Part shown: one piece after another, positions 39,826 through 53,100 of the stretch
Position numbering within the stretch: position 1 is the first letter of the stretch
How the letters are laid out: every line of letters begins with the position of its first letter
Source: an uncultured Acidobacteriota bacterium
GTDB taxonomy: Bacteria > Acidobacteriota > Terriglobia > Terriglobales > Acidobacteriaceae
Length of the DNA: 64,000 nt
Direction of reading: 5' to 3'
Assembly: GCA_963820925.1 (NCBI GenBank)
Contig: CAWGBX010000005.1
Location: forward strand, 208,605 to 272,604
The notes under the pieces: generated by a model
Told to the model about the DNA's origin: nothing
What the model saw: the letters and a program-made list of their open reading frames with translations, nothing else
Databases searched by the model: none
Position numbers and translations under genes: made by a program

Positions 39826-42800
39826 TGGCTAACAAAGAATCCAAGTCGCGGGTCCCGCCTTCGCGAGCGTTGGGTCTGGCCGGCCGCGTTGCGCATGCCT
39901 TTATCGATTCGAGACTGACACCTCTGGTGATCGTTGCCGCTTTACTCATTGGCGCTTTCAGCATTCTCAAAACTCCACGAGAAGAAGAGCCGCAGATCGT
40001 GGTGCCCATGCTCGACGTGTTCCTTCAGATGCCAGGTGCATCAGCGGAAGAAGTCGCGCAGCGTGTCAGCGTTCCGACTGAAAAGCTGCTGCGCGACGTA
40101 CCGGGCGTCGAGTATGTCTACTCCATCAGTCATCCAGGGCTCAGCATGCTGATGGTTCGCTTCTACGTCGGCACCAAAGAAGAAAATGCAATTGTGGAGA
40201 CCTACAATAAGCTCTACGCAAACTTCGATCGCATTCCGCCCGGCGTCTCGCAACCGATTATTAAGGTCCGCTCGATTGACGATGTACCCATTTTGGCTCT
40301 GACTTTGTGGGGAAAAGGCTACGACTCATACCATCTGCGGCGAATAGCAAGTGAACTGGAGAACTCACTCAAGCCACTCGATGGCGTTTCTGAGACGACG
40401 ATCATCGGAGGCGAGCCGAGGCAAGTACGAGTAGTACTCGATACGCAACGGCTCACAGCATACGGCCTCACACCGGGCGCGATCGTGGCACAACTCCAGA
40501 ACACGAATGTCCGCGGCCAAGCCGGAAGTTTCGCCCGGGACAATCGGCAGTTCCAGGTCGAGGCGGGTACTTTCTTTACAAGTCTCGAAGATCTGGACCA
40601 GGTCGTGGTAGGAGTTCACGCGGGATATCCGGTCTACCTGCGTGACGTAGCCGAGAAGCTCCAAGACGGTCCAGCAGAGCCGGATACTTATGTTTTATTT
40701 GCCAATGCTCGCGGTGGAGCAGAACAGAAGCCTGGCGCAGACTATCCCGCGGTCACCATCACGTTCTCGAAACGCAAAGGTACGAACGCCACTGATATCT
40801 CCCGACGGCTCCTGGATAATGTCAATGCGCTGCGCGGGTACATGCTTCCGAACGACCTGAACATTACCGTCACACGCAACTATGGCGAGACTGCAAAAGA
40901 TAAATCCGACGAACTCCTCAAGCACCTGCTGATCGCAACATTGTCGGTCACATTGCTGATTGCGCTGGCGCTGGGTTGGCGTGAATCGGGAGTCGTTCTG
41001 TTGGCGGTGCCTGTGACGCTGGCCCTGACTCTCGGCGTCTTCTACCTTTATGGGTACACGCTAAACCGGGTCACATTGTTCGCGCTCATCTTCTCAATCG
41101 GGATCCTGGTTGACGATGCCATCGTTGTGGTCGAGAACATTGCCCGACACTTCAGGTTACCGGAAAGCCGAGCACGATCCGTGATGGAAATCGTGGTTGA
41201 GGCGGTGGACGAAGTTGGGAACTCCACGATTCTCGCTACCTTTGCTGTGATCGGCGCCGTCTTGCCCAATGCTTTCGTGCGCGGACTGGCGGGCCCATAC
41301 ATGCGGCCGATCCCTGTGGGTGCGTCGGCAGCGATGTTGTTCTCGCTTGTTGTGGCCTTCATCGTTCTGCCGTGGGCGGCATCGAGACTGCTAACGAGAG
41401 GCAGAGGAATTGGCGGCCATTCAGGGCAACAGACCGAAAGCTGGACCACCCGCTTGTATCGTCGGATGATGAACCCGCTGATCCTTAGTACGTGTCGCCG
41501 CTGGATGTTTCTTGGAAGTGTGGGGGGCTTGCTGCTCGCCGCGATCGCGTTTGTCCCTTTGAAGTGGGTACGCCTCAAGATGCTGCCGTTCGACAACAAG
41601 AGTGAGTTTCAGGTCATCATTGACATGCCGGACGGCACGCCGCTGGAACAGACAACTCACGTTGCCCAGGCATTGGGACAATATTTGGGCAAGCAGCCTG
41701 AGGTCATGAATTATCAGATCTATGCGGGGACCTCCGGTCCTTACAACTTCAACGGCCTGGTGCGCCATTACTTCTTACGCAATCAGCCCAATCAAGCCGA
41801 CATTCAGGTGAATCTGCTTTCGCGGCACGACCGCAAGGCACAAAGCCACGAGATTGCGCGACGATTGCGGCCGGAGTTGGACAGGATTGCCCAGCCGTTT
41901 GGCGCGCGCATCAAGGTTGCCGAGGTTCCGCCGGGTCCACCCGTGTTGCAAACTCTGGTCGCGGAAGTTTATGGGCCGGACTACAAAGGCCAGATCGAGT
42001 TGGCCGCTCAGATCAAGAAGGTCTTTCAGCAGACGTCGGGCATCGTGGATGTGGACTGGTATGTCGAAGATCCGCAAACCAAGTACGACATGAAAGTGGA
42101 TCTAGAGAAGGCGGCGCTGCATGGCATCTCGCCTGCTGATGTCACGCGCACCCTGCAGCTGGGACTCGGTGGAACCAACGCCGGTTTGCTACACGATTCC
42201 CATTCCCGCGAAGACATCCCCATCGAGGTGCGGTTGGCGCGTCCGGATCGTTCGGGGATCGAGGACCTGGGCAATCTGAAGCTGCCCACCACTTCCGGTG
42301 GACAGATTGCTCTGCAGGAAGTAACGACCCTGCAGCAAACGACGATCGATACCAGTGTGTATCGCAAGAACCTGCAGCCGGTCGTCTACGTGACGGGAGA
42401 TGTAGCGGGCGGAGAAGAAAGCCCGGTGTACGCCATCATGAAGATGAGCGCCGCGATTGACAAAATCAAGTTGCCCGATGGCTATACAGTGAAGCAATAC
42501 AAGGGCACCACCATGCCCGAGCGCACCGACCGCTTCTCGATGAAGTGGGATGGTGAGTGGCAGATCACGGTGGAAGTCTTCCGTGATTTGGGATTGGCTT
42601 TCGCGGCGGTGCTTGTCCTGATCTACGTGCTGGTCGTGGGCTGGTTCCGCTCGTTCGTCACCCCGCTCGTCATCATGGCGCCGATTCCGCTGACCCTAGT
42701 TGGCATCCTCCCGGCTCACGCGCTGATGGGGGCTTTCTTCACCGCGACCTCAATGATCGGCTTCATCGCGGGCGCCGGAATTGTCGTGCGAAACGCAATC

Positions 42801-43133
42801 ATTCTTGTCGACTTCATTGAATTACGTCGTTCGCAGGGTATGTCATTGGAGGCGGCCGTCGTTGACGCGGGGGCGGTGCGCTTCCGTCCGATGCTGTTGA
42901 CGGCAGCTGCGGTCGTCGTGGGAGCGAGTGTGATCCTGTTCGATCCGATCTTTCAGGGTTTGGCCCTTTCACTGATGGCCGGAGAATTGGCGTCTACCGT
43001 TCTGTCAAGAATGGCAGTGCCGGTTCTCTATTATCTTTCCCAGAGGGGACACCCTGCTGCATCAGAGCGCCTAGCGATTAGCCCTGTTCTCTGCCGCTTA
43101 GAGGTCCTGGGCCGCATGGCCAGTAAGGCATAA
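39825..43133 (+). CDS. Efflux RND transporter permease (AcrB/CzcA superfamily)
   Basis: 1102 aa, 12-TM with two large periplasmic loops; ATG overlaps adaptor stop. Confidence 0.9.
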   Translation: MANKESKSRVPPSRALGLAGRVAHAFIDSRLTPLVIVAALLIGAFSILKTPREEEPQIVVPMLDVFLQMPGASAEEVAQRVSVPTEKLLRDVPGVEYVYSISHPGLSMLMVRFYVGTKEENAIVETYNKLYANFDRIPPGVSQPIIKVRSIDDVPILALTLWGKGYDSYHLRRIASELENSLKPLDGVSETTIIGGEPRQVRVVLDTQRLTAYGLTPGAIVAQLQNTNVRGQAGSFARDNRQFQVEAGTFFTSLEDLDQVVVGVHAGYPVYLRDVAEKLQDGPAEPDTYVLFANARGGAEQKPGADYPAVTITFSKRKGTNATDISRRLLDNVNALRGYMLPNDLNITVTRNYGETAKDKSDELLKHLLIATLSVTLLIALALGWRESGVVLLAVPVTLALTLGVFYLYGYTLNRVTLFALIFSIGILVDDAIVVVENIARHFRLPESRARSVMEIVVEAVDEVGNSTILATFAVIGAVLPNAFVRGLAGPYMRPIPVGASAAMLFSLVVAFIVLPWAASRLLTRGRGIGGHSGQQTESWTTRLYRRMMNPLILSTCRRWMFLGSVGGLLLAAIAFVPLKWVRLKMLPFDNKSEFQVIIDMPDGTPLEQTTHVAQALGQYLGKQPEVMNYQIYAGTSGPYNFNGLVRHYFLRNQPNQADIQVNLLSRHDRKAQSHEIARRLRPELDRIAQPFGARIKVAEVPPGPPVLQTLVAEVYGPDYKGQIELAAQIKKVFQQTSGIVDVDWYVEDPQTKYDMKVDLEKAALHGISPADVTRTLQLGLGGTNAGLLHDSHSREDIPIEVRLARPDRSGIEDLGNLKLPTTSGGQIALQEVTTLQQTTIDTSVYRKNLQPVVYVTGDVAGGEESPVYAIMKMSAAIDKIKLPDGYTVKQYKGTTMPERTDRFSMKWDGEWQITVEVFRDLGLAFAAVLVLIYVLVVGWFRSFVTPLVIMAPIPLTLVGILPAHALMGAFFTATSMIGFIAGAGIVVRNAIILVDFIELRRSQGMSLEAAVVDAGAVRFRPMLLTAAAVVVGASVILFDPIFQGLALSLMAGELASTVLSRMAVPVLYYLSQRGHPAASERLAISPVLCRLEVLGRMASKA

Positions 43134-43385
43134 GCATAGGATCCTTCCACCTTCACGAGAATCTCGACGCAAACTCTGTCTTGTCATTGTCGCAGAATGT
43201 TTCCCGCGTCCCGGCAAATCGCACCGGACGCTGGGACAAGCGAAACGCATACAACGCACGCGCGAGCAAGAGAGCCAGACTCTCGGATAACTATAAAGCC
43301 GGATCCTGCCTCATAATGACTGCGTCGAAACAGCGGAAGGAGCGAATTGCTGGCCGACTAAAATTCAATCATGAGGAGATGAAGT

Positions 43386-43914
43386 ATGCCACCAGAGACC
43401 ACGGCCTCTCACAAAACCAGAACCACCACGGGTCGTCGCGCTGAATTATTGGCGGATCGCATCGAGGAAGGCGCTGCAGGCTTGGCTGCCTTTGCTGAAG
43501 GACTCTCGGAAGCCGAGTGGCGAATACCGGTGTCGAGCTACGGACCGTCGTTCGATCGGCGTCATCGTGCACCATGTTGCCAGCATGTACCCGATCGAGA
43601 TTGATGTCGCGCGAGCAATCGCCGGCGGCAAGGCCATCACGGACGTCACGTGGGAGGTTGTCGCCGAGCTGAATGCCAAGCATGCCGGCGAAAATGCGGG
43701 GATAACGAAGGCCGCCGCGCTCGAACTCTTGCGCCGGAACAGTCGCGAGGCGGCCGACGCGGTACGCGCGTTCACGGATGACGAGTTGGATCGGGCGGCG
43801 CCCTTCTCGCTGAGCTTCGGCGCGCCGGTCACCGCGCAGTTCGTCATTGAGGACCACGCACTGCGGCACAGTTGGCACCACTTGGCGCGCATCCGCAAGG
43901 CCTTGGGCCGGTGA
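43386..43914 (+). pseudogene. DinB_2/DinB-YfiT-like (DUF664) metal-dependent protein, frame broken near 43555-43565
   Basis: N-terminal AELLADRIEEGAAGLAAFAEGLSEAEWRIPVS in one frame, continuation RSIGVIVHHVASMYPIEIDVARAI...HALRHSWHHLARI in the +1 frame. Confidence 0.55.
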
Positions 43915-44012
43915 TTTCGCAGCCGGGCCGTGCCTGATCAAATTAGGGTTTGTTCGAGACTCCGACGCGAATTGGCGCGGCAGCCAATTCGCCCAAAGGG
44001 AACACAGAAATC

Positions 44013-44840
44013 ATGCGGACACCGAGATTAATGGCCGTGCTCGCGCACCCCGATGACGAATCCCTGGGGGTGGGAGGCACGCTTGCAAAATACGCGTCCG
44101 AAGGCGTTGACGTCTTTCTGCTCACCGCCACTCGTGGCGATAGTGGCCGCTTCCGAGGCTATCGTCTGGATGATCATCAGCATCCCGGCCCATTGGCACT
44201 GGCGAACATCCGTGAGGGCGAGCTGCGTGCCGCCGCCTCGGCCCTGGGTGTGCGCGAAGTCTCAATCCTCGACTACCACGATCAGCAACTCGACCGTGCG
44301 AATCCCCGCGAGGCTGTCGCCACCATTGTGGGACATATAAGGCGGATCCAGCCCGATGTAGTCGTGACGTTCGGAGCCGACGGTGCTTACGGGCACCCCG
44401 ATCATATTGCGATCTCCCAATTCACCACGGCGGCCATCGTCGCCGCAGCCGATCCCGCCTTTTCTTGCGATGGGATCGAGGCCGCACAGCCGCATGCAGT
44501 GTCGAAGCTTTACTACATAGCCTGGCCGGAGTCGACCTGGAAAGCTTACCAGTCAGCTTTCCGGAAATTGGTCTCGACGGTCGACGGCATTGAGCGGCAG
44601 GCTGTGCCCTGGCCAGACTGGGCGATTACCACAGTGATTGATACGCGCAGCTTCTCGTCGACAGTGTGGCGGGCGATCTGCTGCCACGAATCACAGGTGA
44701 CCGCGTACGAGCGGCTGAAGGACTTGTCGGCCGATGATCACGAAGCGTTATGGGGACGGCAGTCGTTCTATCGGGCATTCAGCACCGTGACTGGCGGGCG
44801 AGTGCCTGAGACGGATCTCCTGGAAGGGATAAATACGTGA
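44013..44840 (+). CDS. PIG-L/LmbE family N-acetylglucosaminyl deacetylase (MshB/BshB-like)
   Basis: MAVLAHPDDESLGVGGTLAKY...HPDH motifs. Confidence 0.8.
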   Translation: MRTPRLMAVLAHPDDESLGVGGTLAKYASEGVDVFLLTATRGDSGRFRGYRLDDHQHPGPLALANIREGELRAAASALGVREVSILDYHDQQLDRANPREAVATIVGHIRRIQPDVVVTFGADGAYGHPDHIAISQFTTAAIVAAADPAFSCDGIEAAQPHAVSKLYYIAWPESTWKAYQSAFRKLVSTVDGIERQAVPWPDWAITTVIDTRSFSSTVWRAICCHESQVTAYERLKDLSADDHEALWGRQSFYRAFSTVTGGRVPETDLLEGINT

Positions 44841-45389
44841 CGAAAGAATCGACAGTAAAAGAGAGATTCGTGGATGGCGATTCCGGCCGGCATGCGCCGC
44901 TCGAGATAGACGCTGCGACGTTCCGCAAGCTCGGACATCGACTCGTGGACCAGCTTTCAGCGCTACAGAGCGATCCAGACGTGCCGCGTTGAAGAATAAT
45001 TCGTTCGCTTCGCCAACTGACGGATCAGCGACCAACTCCAGTTCGCTTTGGCCATTCAAAACGAAAGGCAATATTGTTCCTGCAACGCTCCCAGCGAGAC
45101 GCTCGGCAATCTCTGCTGATGCGAATGAAACATACGTAGCCCCGAAAAGGGCCTTGACCGCCAGCAAGCTTACCCGACGATCTCCGGGCACAATCGCCAA
45201 CACGTACTTGGTGGTCTTCTTGCCCAACTTGACCATAAGGATCATGCATTTCGCTGCATCTCTGAGGTTGTTTCCTCTCATTGGACTCACGACTTCCGTT
45301 CGTCCTTCGGGCGGATGGTCAATCAGGCGATAATGAGCACCATGCTGCTCAAGTAGGTCGATCAGCTTCTTATATATATCTTCAGCCAC
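44748..45389 (-). CDS. YbaK/ProX-like aminoacyl-tRNA deacylase domain protein; 3' end uncertain (ORF runs ~90 nt into the convergent PIG-L gene)
   Basis: KCMILMVKLGKKTTKYVLAIVPGDRRVSL...ELFFNAARLDRSV resembles the YbaK/ProX editing domain; C-terminal ~60 aa look like read-through. Confidence 0.45.
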   Translation of the reverse strand: MAEDIYKKLIDLLEQHGAHYRLIDHPPEGRTEVVSPMRGNNLRDAAKCMILMVKLGKKTTKYVLAIVPGDRRVSLLAVKALFGATYVSFASAEIAERLAGSVAGTILPFVLNGQSELELVADPSVGEANELFFNAARLDRSVALKAGPRVDVRACGTSQRLSRAAHAGRNRHPRISLLLSILSSRIYPFQEIRLRHSPASHGAECPIERLPSP

Positions 45390-46339
45390 GAATATCGTTC
45401 CTTCCTTATGGGATCAGCACGATCTTTCCCAATGCGCTTGTTTTCATCACGCTGATGAGCTTCGGGCGCTGAGGCCAGCGGCATTTTCAACTCCAACGAC
45501 AGGCTTTAGAGACCCGCGCCGCTGTGCGGCGTTGGGCAAGGGATGTCTCTGGCTCAATTCGAAACAATTCACGCGCTTACGCGCAGCGCTCGCTTTCGGA
45601 AAACGTTGAAAAAGTTGGTGAAATCGAGCGGTATCTAATTGCGAAGGACACAAAAAGGACACAGCGCACGTTGAGGCACCAGTCCGATTTTCAACTGATC
45701 CTTTTCTTCTGTGGATACCACCGTGAAAGAACGGCCCATACACGACGTTAAAGGACTTACAAGAGTCGGATGACCTCTAAGTCGTTGGAAATTTCCCGGT
45801 AGCGGGAGCGGAACCGTAGCGTAATCCGCAGTGCGGCGCAGCCAAAGATGAGCGTCGAATCTGAGCACTGTCACAACCGCTGGTATCGCGAGTTTCGGCA
45901 AAACTGAAGAGATTAGGAATGCTCGTCCGCTCGTGGCGGTTCCTGCCTGAAGACATTGTGATCCGGGCGACGCTGATTGCATCAGCTATTTGTGCTGGTG
46001 CCGAAGGCGATCCTTTGGGGTCGCAGGAAATTACTTCTTGCGTCGCGACGGAACGGTGTCTGGAGTGACAGGGCAACAATGAGACGTAGCTGATTGATAT
46101 CAAACGGTGTCGGCGGACGTCGTTTGGTAGCAAGTGGAGCGGCATGAGCGAAAATCACAATCGTTAAAGGACTTTGCAACCTCTGCCGATAGCACCGCTA
46201 TGTGGCTTTCCTATCCTAACAGCAAATTGGATTCTTCCCGAGTTCAGGAGTGAGATGCATCCAGAGTCAGGACACTTCCCGGGAAGAAGATCAAGCCCTT
46301 ATCGTCTCGCCTTGCTGCGAATCGTCCCCCCAGTCGCTG

Positions 46340-47120
46340 ATGAGGGCCGTGGTTGGAGGGGTGTTTTCTTACGGATTAAGCTTCAGCAAGCTTCTCACCT
46401 CGGGAGCGGTGTTGGCCCTGCTGCTGGTGCAGACGACGCCTTGTAACGCCGCCTTAAGCGCCAGTTCCACCGACCAATCTCAAGCTATTGCGCTTGACAG
46501 CCGAGTCCGCGCCGTCATTGCAGATCCGACTACAGGACCGCTTCCCAATAGTTCCACAAAGTCACAAACATCACCACCTCCAACCTATCGCGAGCCGCGG
46601 TTTTCCGTCGGAGTTCGCGGTGGACTGAGTCTCGGTGAGCATGACCTGAAACTCACCACCAATCGGTTCCCGAACTACTACGCGGGAGCACATGGACAGT
46701 TTCGCATGGGCGAGTCGCATTTCCTGAGACCGGTGGGTGAATGGTGGAACTTCCGTACCGGCGTGCAAAGATTTCAAAACCCCACCCAGATTCAGACAAT
46801 CAACACTCAGGTTCGGGCCATGGTGGCTGGCGGCGAATATCTCTATCTCCTGGGCGGGCCATTCAAGAGAACCTCTCTCGGCTTCGGTGGATATGTCGGC
46901 GCGGTGGTCCGTGGATAGTGTGAATACGGTGACATTCTTCGGGTTGGGCACCGTCCAGGCTTCTGGAAACAGCCACTGGACGCGACCCGCAGGAAGCGCG
47001 ATCGCTACCTGTCGCCTCTCGCATCGGTTCGAACTGATGGGCCGATGGGTCTACAGCACCTACGGTTTTGAACGGGTCCCGGTCAGCGTCGTCACGTTCG
47101 GGGCAGGGTGGAACTTTTAA
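46340..47120 (+). pseudogene. Outer-membrane beta-barrel protein (signal peptide; C-terminal ...FGAGWNF), frame broken near 46900
   Basis: Track ORFs 46250-46918 and 46737-47120 overlap in different frames; the second ends with the typical OMP C-terminal aromatic (F) and stops 1 nt before the giant gene ATG. Confidence 0.5.
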
Positions 47121-50100
47121 ATGGCGCGGGGACAGCCAAATGTGCAGCAATCCGAATGTCAGGCCTCACCGCGAAATCTATTCATCGCGTTTGGTAGTGC
47201 GACGTGCGTTTTGTTTGCGCTGCTGCTCACTGGATGCGCTGCTTTCCAAAGCGGAGACCACACCGACAAGAATAACTATGCGCTGAAGATCACGCCCGCG
47301 ACCCCGGTTGTGACGGTGGGGCGCACTATTCATCTCACCGCAAGCAGTCCGTGGGGCGGTGGCGCGCACTGGTCTGTACTTCCAGCCTCTCTAGGAGCCA
47401 TCGATCAAAACGGCAACTTCACCGCCTCCAACACGCCCGGCTCCGGCACGATCATCGCGATGTGGGACCGGGACGTTCGCTATACCGCCACTGCAACAAC
47501 GACGGTTGTCGCGGTGCCCCAGGCAAGCATCACGGTGGTAGCACCGGTTGGCAACACGCCGGGAAACGCATCCGTTCCTCCCAGCCTGATTCCGCCTACG
47601 TGTGGACCATCCAGGGCGGCACCATCCTTTCCGGCCAGGGCACGTCGCAGATTCAATTTGCCGATTCCGGCCCCGGTGCCACTCTAGTGAACTGTACCGT
47701 GACGGACGGCGCCGGCGACACCACTACCAATTCGGCCACGGTTCCTGCCACAATCGAGTACAACCCAACTTCTTACACTCTTATTCGCGGCGCCGACATT
47801 GGGAACATTGCGCCCACACGTGCTGACGCTAACGCCCTGATGTGGCGAGTATCGCCTGATTTGCCTGTGGGCCTCGTGCTCAATGCAAGTACGGGCGTGA
47901 TCAGCGGCGCTCCCGCATCGCCGGCGCCAGCTGCCGCTTACACGGTGACAGCCAGCAACACAGGCGGTGACAGGTCACGCCGTGGCGCTCGCGATTACCG
48001 TGATCGATTCGGCGCCAATCTTTTCCTACATCCCCAATGCCTACATCGGGACGGTTAACGTTCCGGTCACACCCATATCGCCGACGCTGACCCACGGCAC
48101 GGTGACTTTGTGGAAAATCAGTCCTTCTTTGCCCGCCGGCCTGGTGTTTGATTCCGCGACGGGCCAGGTCTCAGGCGCGTCTCGCGTCCTCAGTCCGAAT
48201 ACGACATACACGGTGACAGCGAGCAACAATTGGGGATCGGTCACTGCGGAACCGCTGTCCATTGACGTCATCGACGTTCCTCCGGCGATTCACTATGCTC
48301 CATCTGCCTTCACTTTGACGAGGGGGACCGCTGTATCGCCGATAGTTCCCGCCAACTCTGGTGGTCCAGCAACTTCCTGGTCGATCGCGCCACCACTCAC
48401 CGCAGGGTTGACCTTCAACCTAGCGACCGGCTCGATCTCTGGAAATCCAAGCACGATCACGGCCGCAGTTTCGTATTCCGTCACGGCAACGAACACCGGG
48501 GGAACAAGCCCTCCAACCAGCCTCAATATCAACGTGGTTGACATCGTTCCCGCGATTCAGTATCCCTCGGCAAACTTTGCCATCACCATCAACTCAGCAT
48601 TGCTACCATTCTTGCCCACAAACTCTGGCGGGCCGGCGACGAGTTGGAGCATTCAGCCGGCGATTCCCTCCGGCCTCAGCTTTGATCCCGCAACCGGAGC
48701 CATCAGCGGAGTCCCGGATACAGCAACCCCGGCTGCTCTCTACATCGTCACGGCGACGAACACTGGCGGCACGAGCCAGCCCTTTACTATCACATTGGCC
48801 GTCGTAGTTCGGCCGACTTCGTCGATCAGCGCGTCTTCGACCAATCCGCTGAGGGGAGCAACGGTCGATCTGACGCCAACGTTTGCCAACGCCGTCTCGG
48901 CCACGGTGGGGACAACGCAAGGCGGCAGCGACATCTCCAGTTCGCCGACGACCGGAACAGCAATTCCAACCGCCGCCATTACCGCAACCAAAACCTACTG
49001 GCTGCGGGCGACGAACGGCGCGGGAGATTTCGTAGACGGTTCCGTTACGGTGACGCCGCAGACCGTTACAATTAATGGCATCAGCCCGGCTGCACCTACC
49101 CGCACAGTCAACAGCACGAGTAGCTTCACCACAACGGCCACAGGCGGAGTAACCAACGGCATCTCATGGTCCGCCAACGCCGGCTCCATGAACGCCGCCA
49201 CCGGAGCGTGGACTGCTCCCGGCAGCGCGGGCAATGTCATCATCACCGCCACCTCGAATGATGACAGCGGCAAAACCGCCACGACCCTGGTGAACGTCGT
49301 GGCAGCCGCGAGTGCATCGATCAGCGCCTCCTCGACCAATCCGCTCTATGGCGCGACGATCAACCTGACACCGACATTCAGCAACGCGGTCTCTGCCTCG
49401 GTCGGAACGACGCTGGGCGGCAATGACATCTCCAGTTCGCCCACAAGCGGCACCGCAATCCCCACCGCAGCCATCACCTCACCCCGGACTTACTGGCTGC
49501 GCGCGACCAATGCTGCCGGCGACTACATTGACAGCTCCGTCACAGTGACGCCAAAGACAGTCGTGGTGGGCGCAATTACTCCAGGCGCGCCCACACGCAC
49601 CGTCAACAGCTCGACCACCTTCAGCGCCAGCGCCACGGACGGTGTGACCAATAGCGTTACCTGGTCAGCCAGCGCGGGCACCATGAATGCCAGCACCGGG
49701 GTCTGGACTGCTCCCGCCACTGCGGGCAATGTCACCATCACGGCGACATCGAGTGATGACGGCAGCAAAACAGCGACGACCACCGCAAGCGTGGTCCTGG
49801 CCAGCACAGCCTCGATCACCGCCTCGTCAACTAGTCCGCCCCACGGCGCAACGGTTAATCTGGCGCCAACGTTTGGCAACGCAGTTTCAGCTTCGGTAGG
49901 GACAACGCAGGGCGGAAGCGACATTTCCGCGTCCCCGACCAGCGGAACGCAGATCCCGACCTCAGCCATCGTATCCGTCAAAACCTACTGGCTACGCGCC
50001 ACCAACGCTGCCGGAGACTACACCGACAGTTCCGTCACGGTCACACCGCAGACGGTCGTAGTGAATGCCATCAGCCCGGCCGCGCCCACACGCACCGTCG

Positions 50101-53100
50101 ACAGCGCAACCACCTTCACAACAACGGCCACAGGCGGAGTAACCAACGGCATCGCATGGTCCGCCACCGCTGGGACCATGAACGCTGCCACCGGAGCCTG
50201 GACTGCTCCCGGCAGCGCCGGCAATGTGACCATCACCGCCACCTCGAACGACGATAGCAGCAAGAACGCGACGACCCTAGTCAACGTCGTGGCAGCCGCG
50301 AGTGCGTCGATCACAGCTTCCTCCACCAATCCCTTGTATGGCGCGGCGATTAGCCTGACGCCGACATTCGGCAACGCAGTCTCGGCCTCGGTCGGTACCA
50401 CGCAAGGCAGTAGCGACATCTCCAGTTCACCCACGAGCGGCACGCCGATCCCTACTGCGGCGATCACGTCATTTAGGATCTACTGGCTGCGGGCGACAAA
50501 CGCGGCCGGGGACCATGCCGACAGCTCCGTCTCTGTTACGCCGCAGACCGTGGTGGTAAACGCAATTACTCCAGCCGCGCCCACACGCACCGTCAACAGC
50601 TCAACCACTTTCGCCACCACCGCCACGGGCGGCGTGACCAATGCCGTTACGTGGTCGGCAAGTGCAGGATCGATGAACGCCAGCACCGGCGACTGGACCG
50701 CTCCCGCCGCCGGCAATGTCACCATCACGGCAACATCGAGTGATGACAGCGGCAAAACGGCGACGACCACGGTTAGCGTGGTCCTGGCCAGCACCGCCTC
50801 GATCACTGCCTCGTCAACTGGCCCGCTCTATGGCGCAACGGTCAACCTCACTCCGACTTTCTCCAATGCTGTCTCAGCCGCAGTAGGCACTACTCAGGGC
50901 GGCGGCAATATCTCCAGTTCGCCTACGACCGGAACAGCAATTCCAACCTCCGCCATTACCACAACCAAAACCTATTGGCTGCGGGCTACGAACGCTGCCG
51001 GGGATTACGCCGACAGCTCCGTTACGGTCACACCGCAGACGGTCGTTGTGAATGGCATCAGCCCGGCCTCTCCCACGAAGACGGTCAACAGCTTGACTAC
51101 CTTCACCACCACGGCCACAGGCGGCGTGACCAATAACATCACGTGGTCAGCGAGCGCGGGAACGATGAACGCCGGTACCGGCGCCTGGACCGCTCCCGCC
51201 ACAGCCGGCAACGTCACCATTACCGCCACGTCGGCCGACGACAACACGAAGTCAGCCACGACATCAGCGACCGTCGTCCTGGCTCCGACTGCCTCACTTG
51301 CCGCGTCCTCGGCAAATCCGCTCTACGGGGCAACGATCACCCTCACGCCAACATTTGCCAACGCCGTCTCGGCATCGGTCGGAACAACGCAGGGCGACAA
51401 CGACATCTCCGGGTCACCCACCAGCGGCGCCGCAATCCCTACAGCAGCAATCACGTCAGTCAAGACCTACTGGCTGCGAGCCACGAACGCGGCCGGGGAT
51501 CACGCCGACAGCTCCGTCGTGGTTACGCCGCAGACCGTGGTGGTCAACGCAGTCGGTCCTTCGGCGCCCACACGCACCGTCAACACGACGACCACCTTCT
51601 CCACCACCGCCATGGGCGGAGTGACCAACGGCATCAACTGGTCGGCCAACGCAGGCACTATGAATGCCAGCACCGGAACCTGGACTGCTCCTGCCACGGC
51701 CGGCAATGTGACCATCACCGCAACATCGCAGGACAATCCTGCAAAGACGGCGACGACCACTGTAACTGTTGTTCTGGCCAGTACCGCTTCTATTTCGGCA
51801 TCCTCAACTACGCCTCTGCGGGGCGCGACGGTCAATCTGACGCCAACCTTTGCGAACGCAGTCTCGGCCTCGGTGGGCACCACGCAGGGCGGAAACGATA
51901 TCTCGAACTCACCCACCAGTGGAACACAGATTACGACTGCGGCCATTACCACAACCAAGACTTACTGGCTACGCGCTACCAATGCCGCGGGAGACTTCGT
52001 AGATGGTTCCGTCACGGTGACGCCGCAAACGGTGGCAGTAAATGCCATCATCCCGGCCTCGCCCACGAAGACGGTCAACACAGTGACAACCTTCACTACC
52101 ACGGCCACCGGGGGCGTAACCAATGGCATCACATGGTCGGCGAGCGCGGGAGCGATGAACGCCAGTACCGGCGCGTGGACTGCTCCCGCCATCGCTGGCA
52201 ACGTCACCATCACTGCCACCGCGAATGACGACAACAGCAAAACGGTCACAACTACGGTCACCGTGGTCCTGGCCGCTACCGCGTCGATCAACGCGTCGAC
52301 CACGACGCCGCTGTACGGCGCGACGGTCAACCTGACTCCGACTTTCTCCAATTCAGTCTCGGCCGCAGTGGGCACCGCGCAGGGCGGCAGCGATGTCTCG
52401 AACTCGCCCACGAGTGGAACGCAAATTACAACTGCAGCCCTCACTGCCTCAACCACTTTCTGGCTGCGCGCCACCAACGCGGCGGGAGACTTTGCGGACA
52501 ATTCTGTCGCGGTGGTGCCGAAGACGGTCACCATTGGCGCCATCACCAAGAGCGCCAGCAACGTCAGCGTAGGGTACACGGCGACGGCGAAAGCCACCGT
52601 TTCCAATGCCGTGGACACAACGGTTGACTGGACAGCCACCTGCGGTTCGTTCAGCCTAACCAATACGGCAAGCGGTGTGAATACAACATGGACAGCGCCG
52701 GGCAGCCCCGGATCCTGCACGCTGACCGCAAAAAGTCATGCCAAGCCGTCTGTCAGCATCACTACCACCATCACGGTGATTGCGCTTCCGATTGCCACCA
52801 GCCTTACGCCGAGCACGACCAGCCCGCTCTACGGCGCTACCGTCAGCCTTCTTCCTCTGTTCAACGCATTCGCGGGCGGAAACGGCAGTGTCAACAACGG
52901 TGTGGGAACGGTCACCAACAACGTTGCCAAATCGTCACTGGCAATCACCACGGCGACGACGTTCACTCTGACGGTCACCAACGCTGGGGGACAGCAGGCA
53001 ACGATAGATTCTGCGCTGGTCACGCCGCAAACAGTCGTGGTAAATCCGCTCAGCCCGGCTTCGCCCACCCGCACCGTGAACAGTTTGACCACCTTCACTA

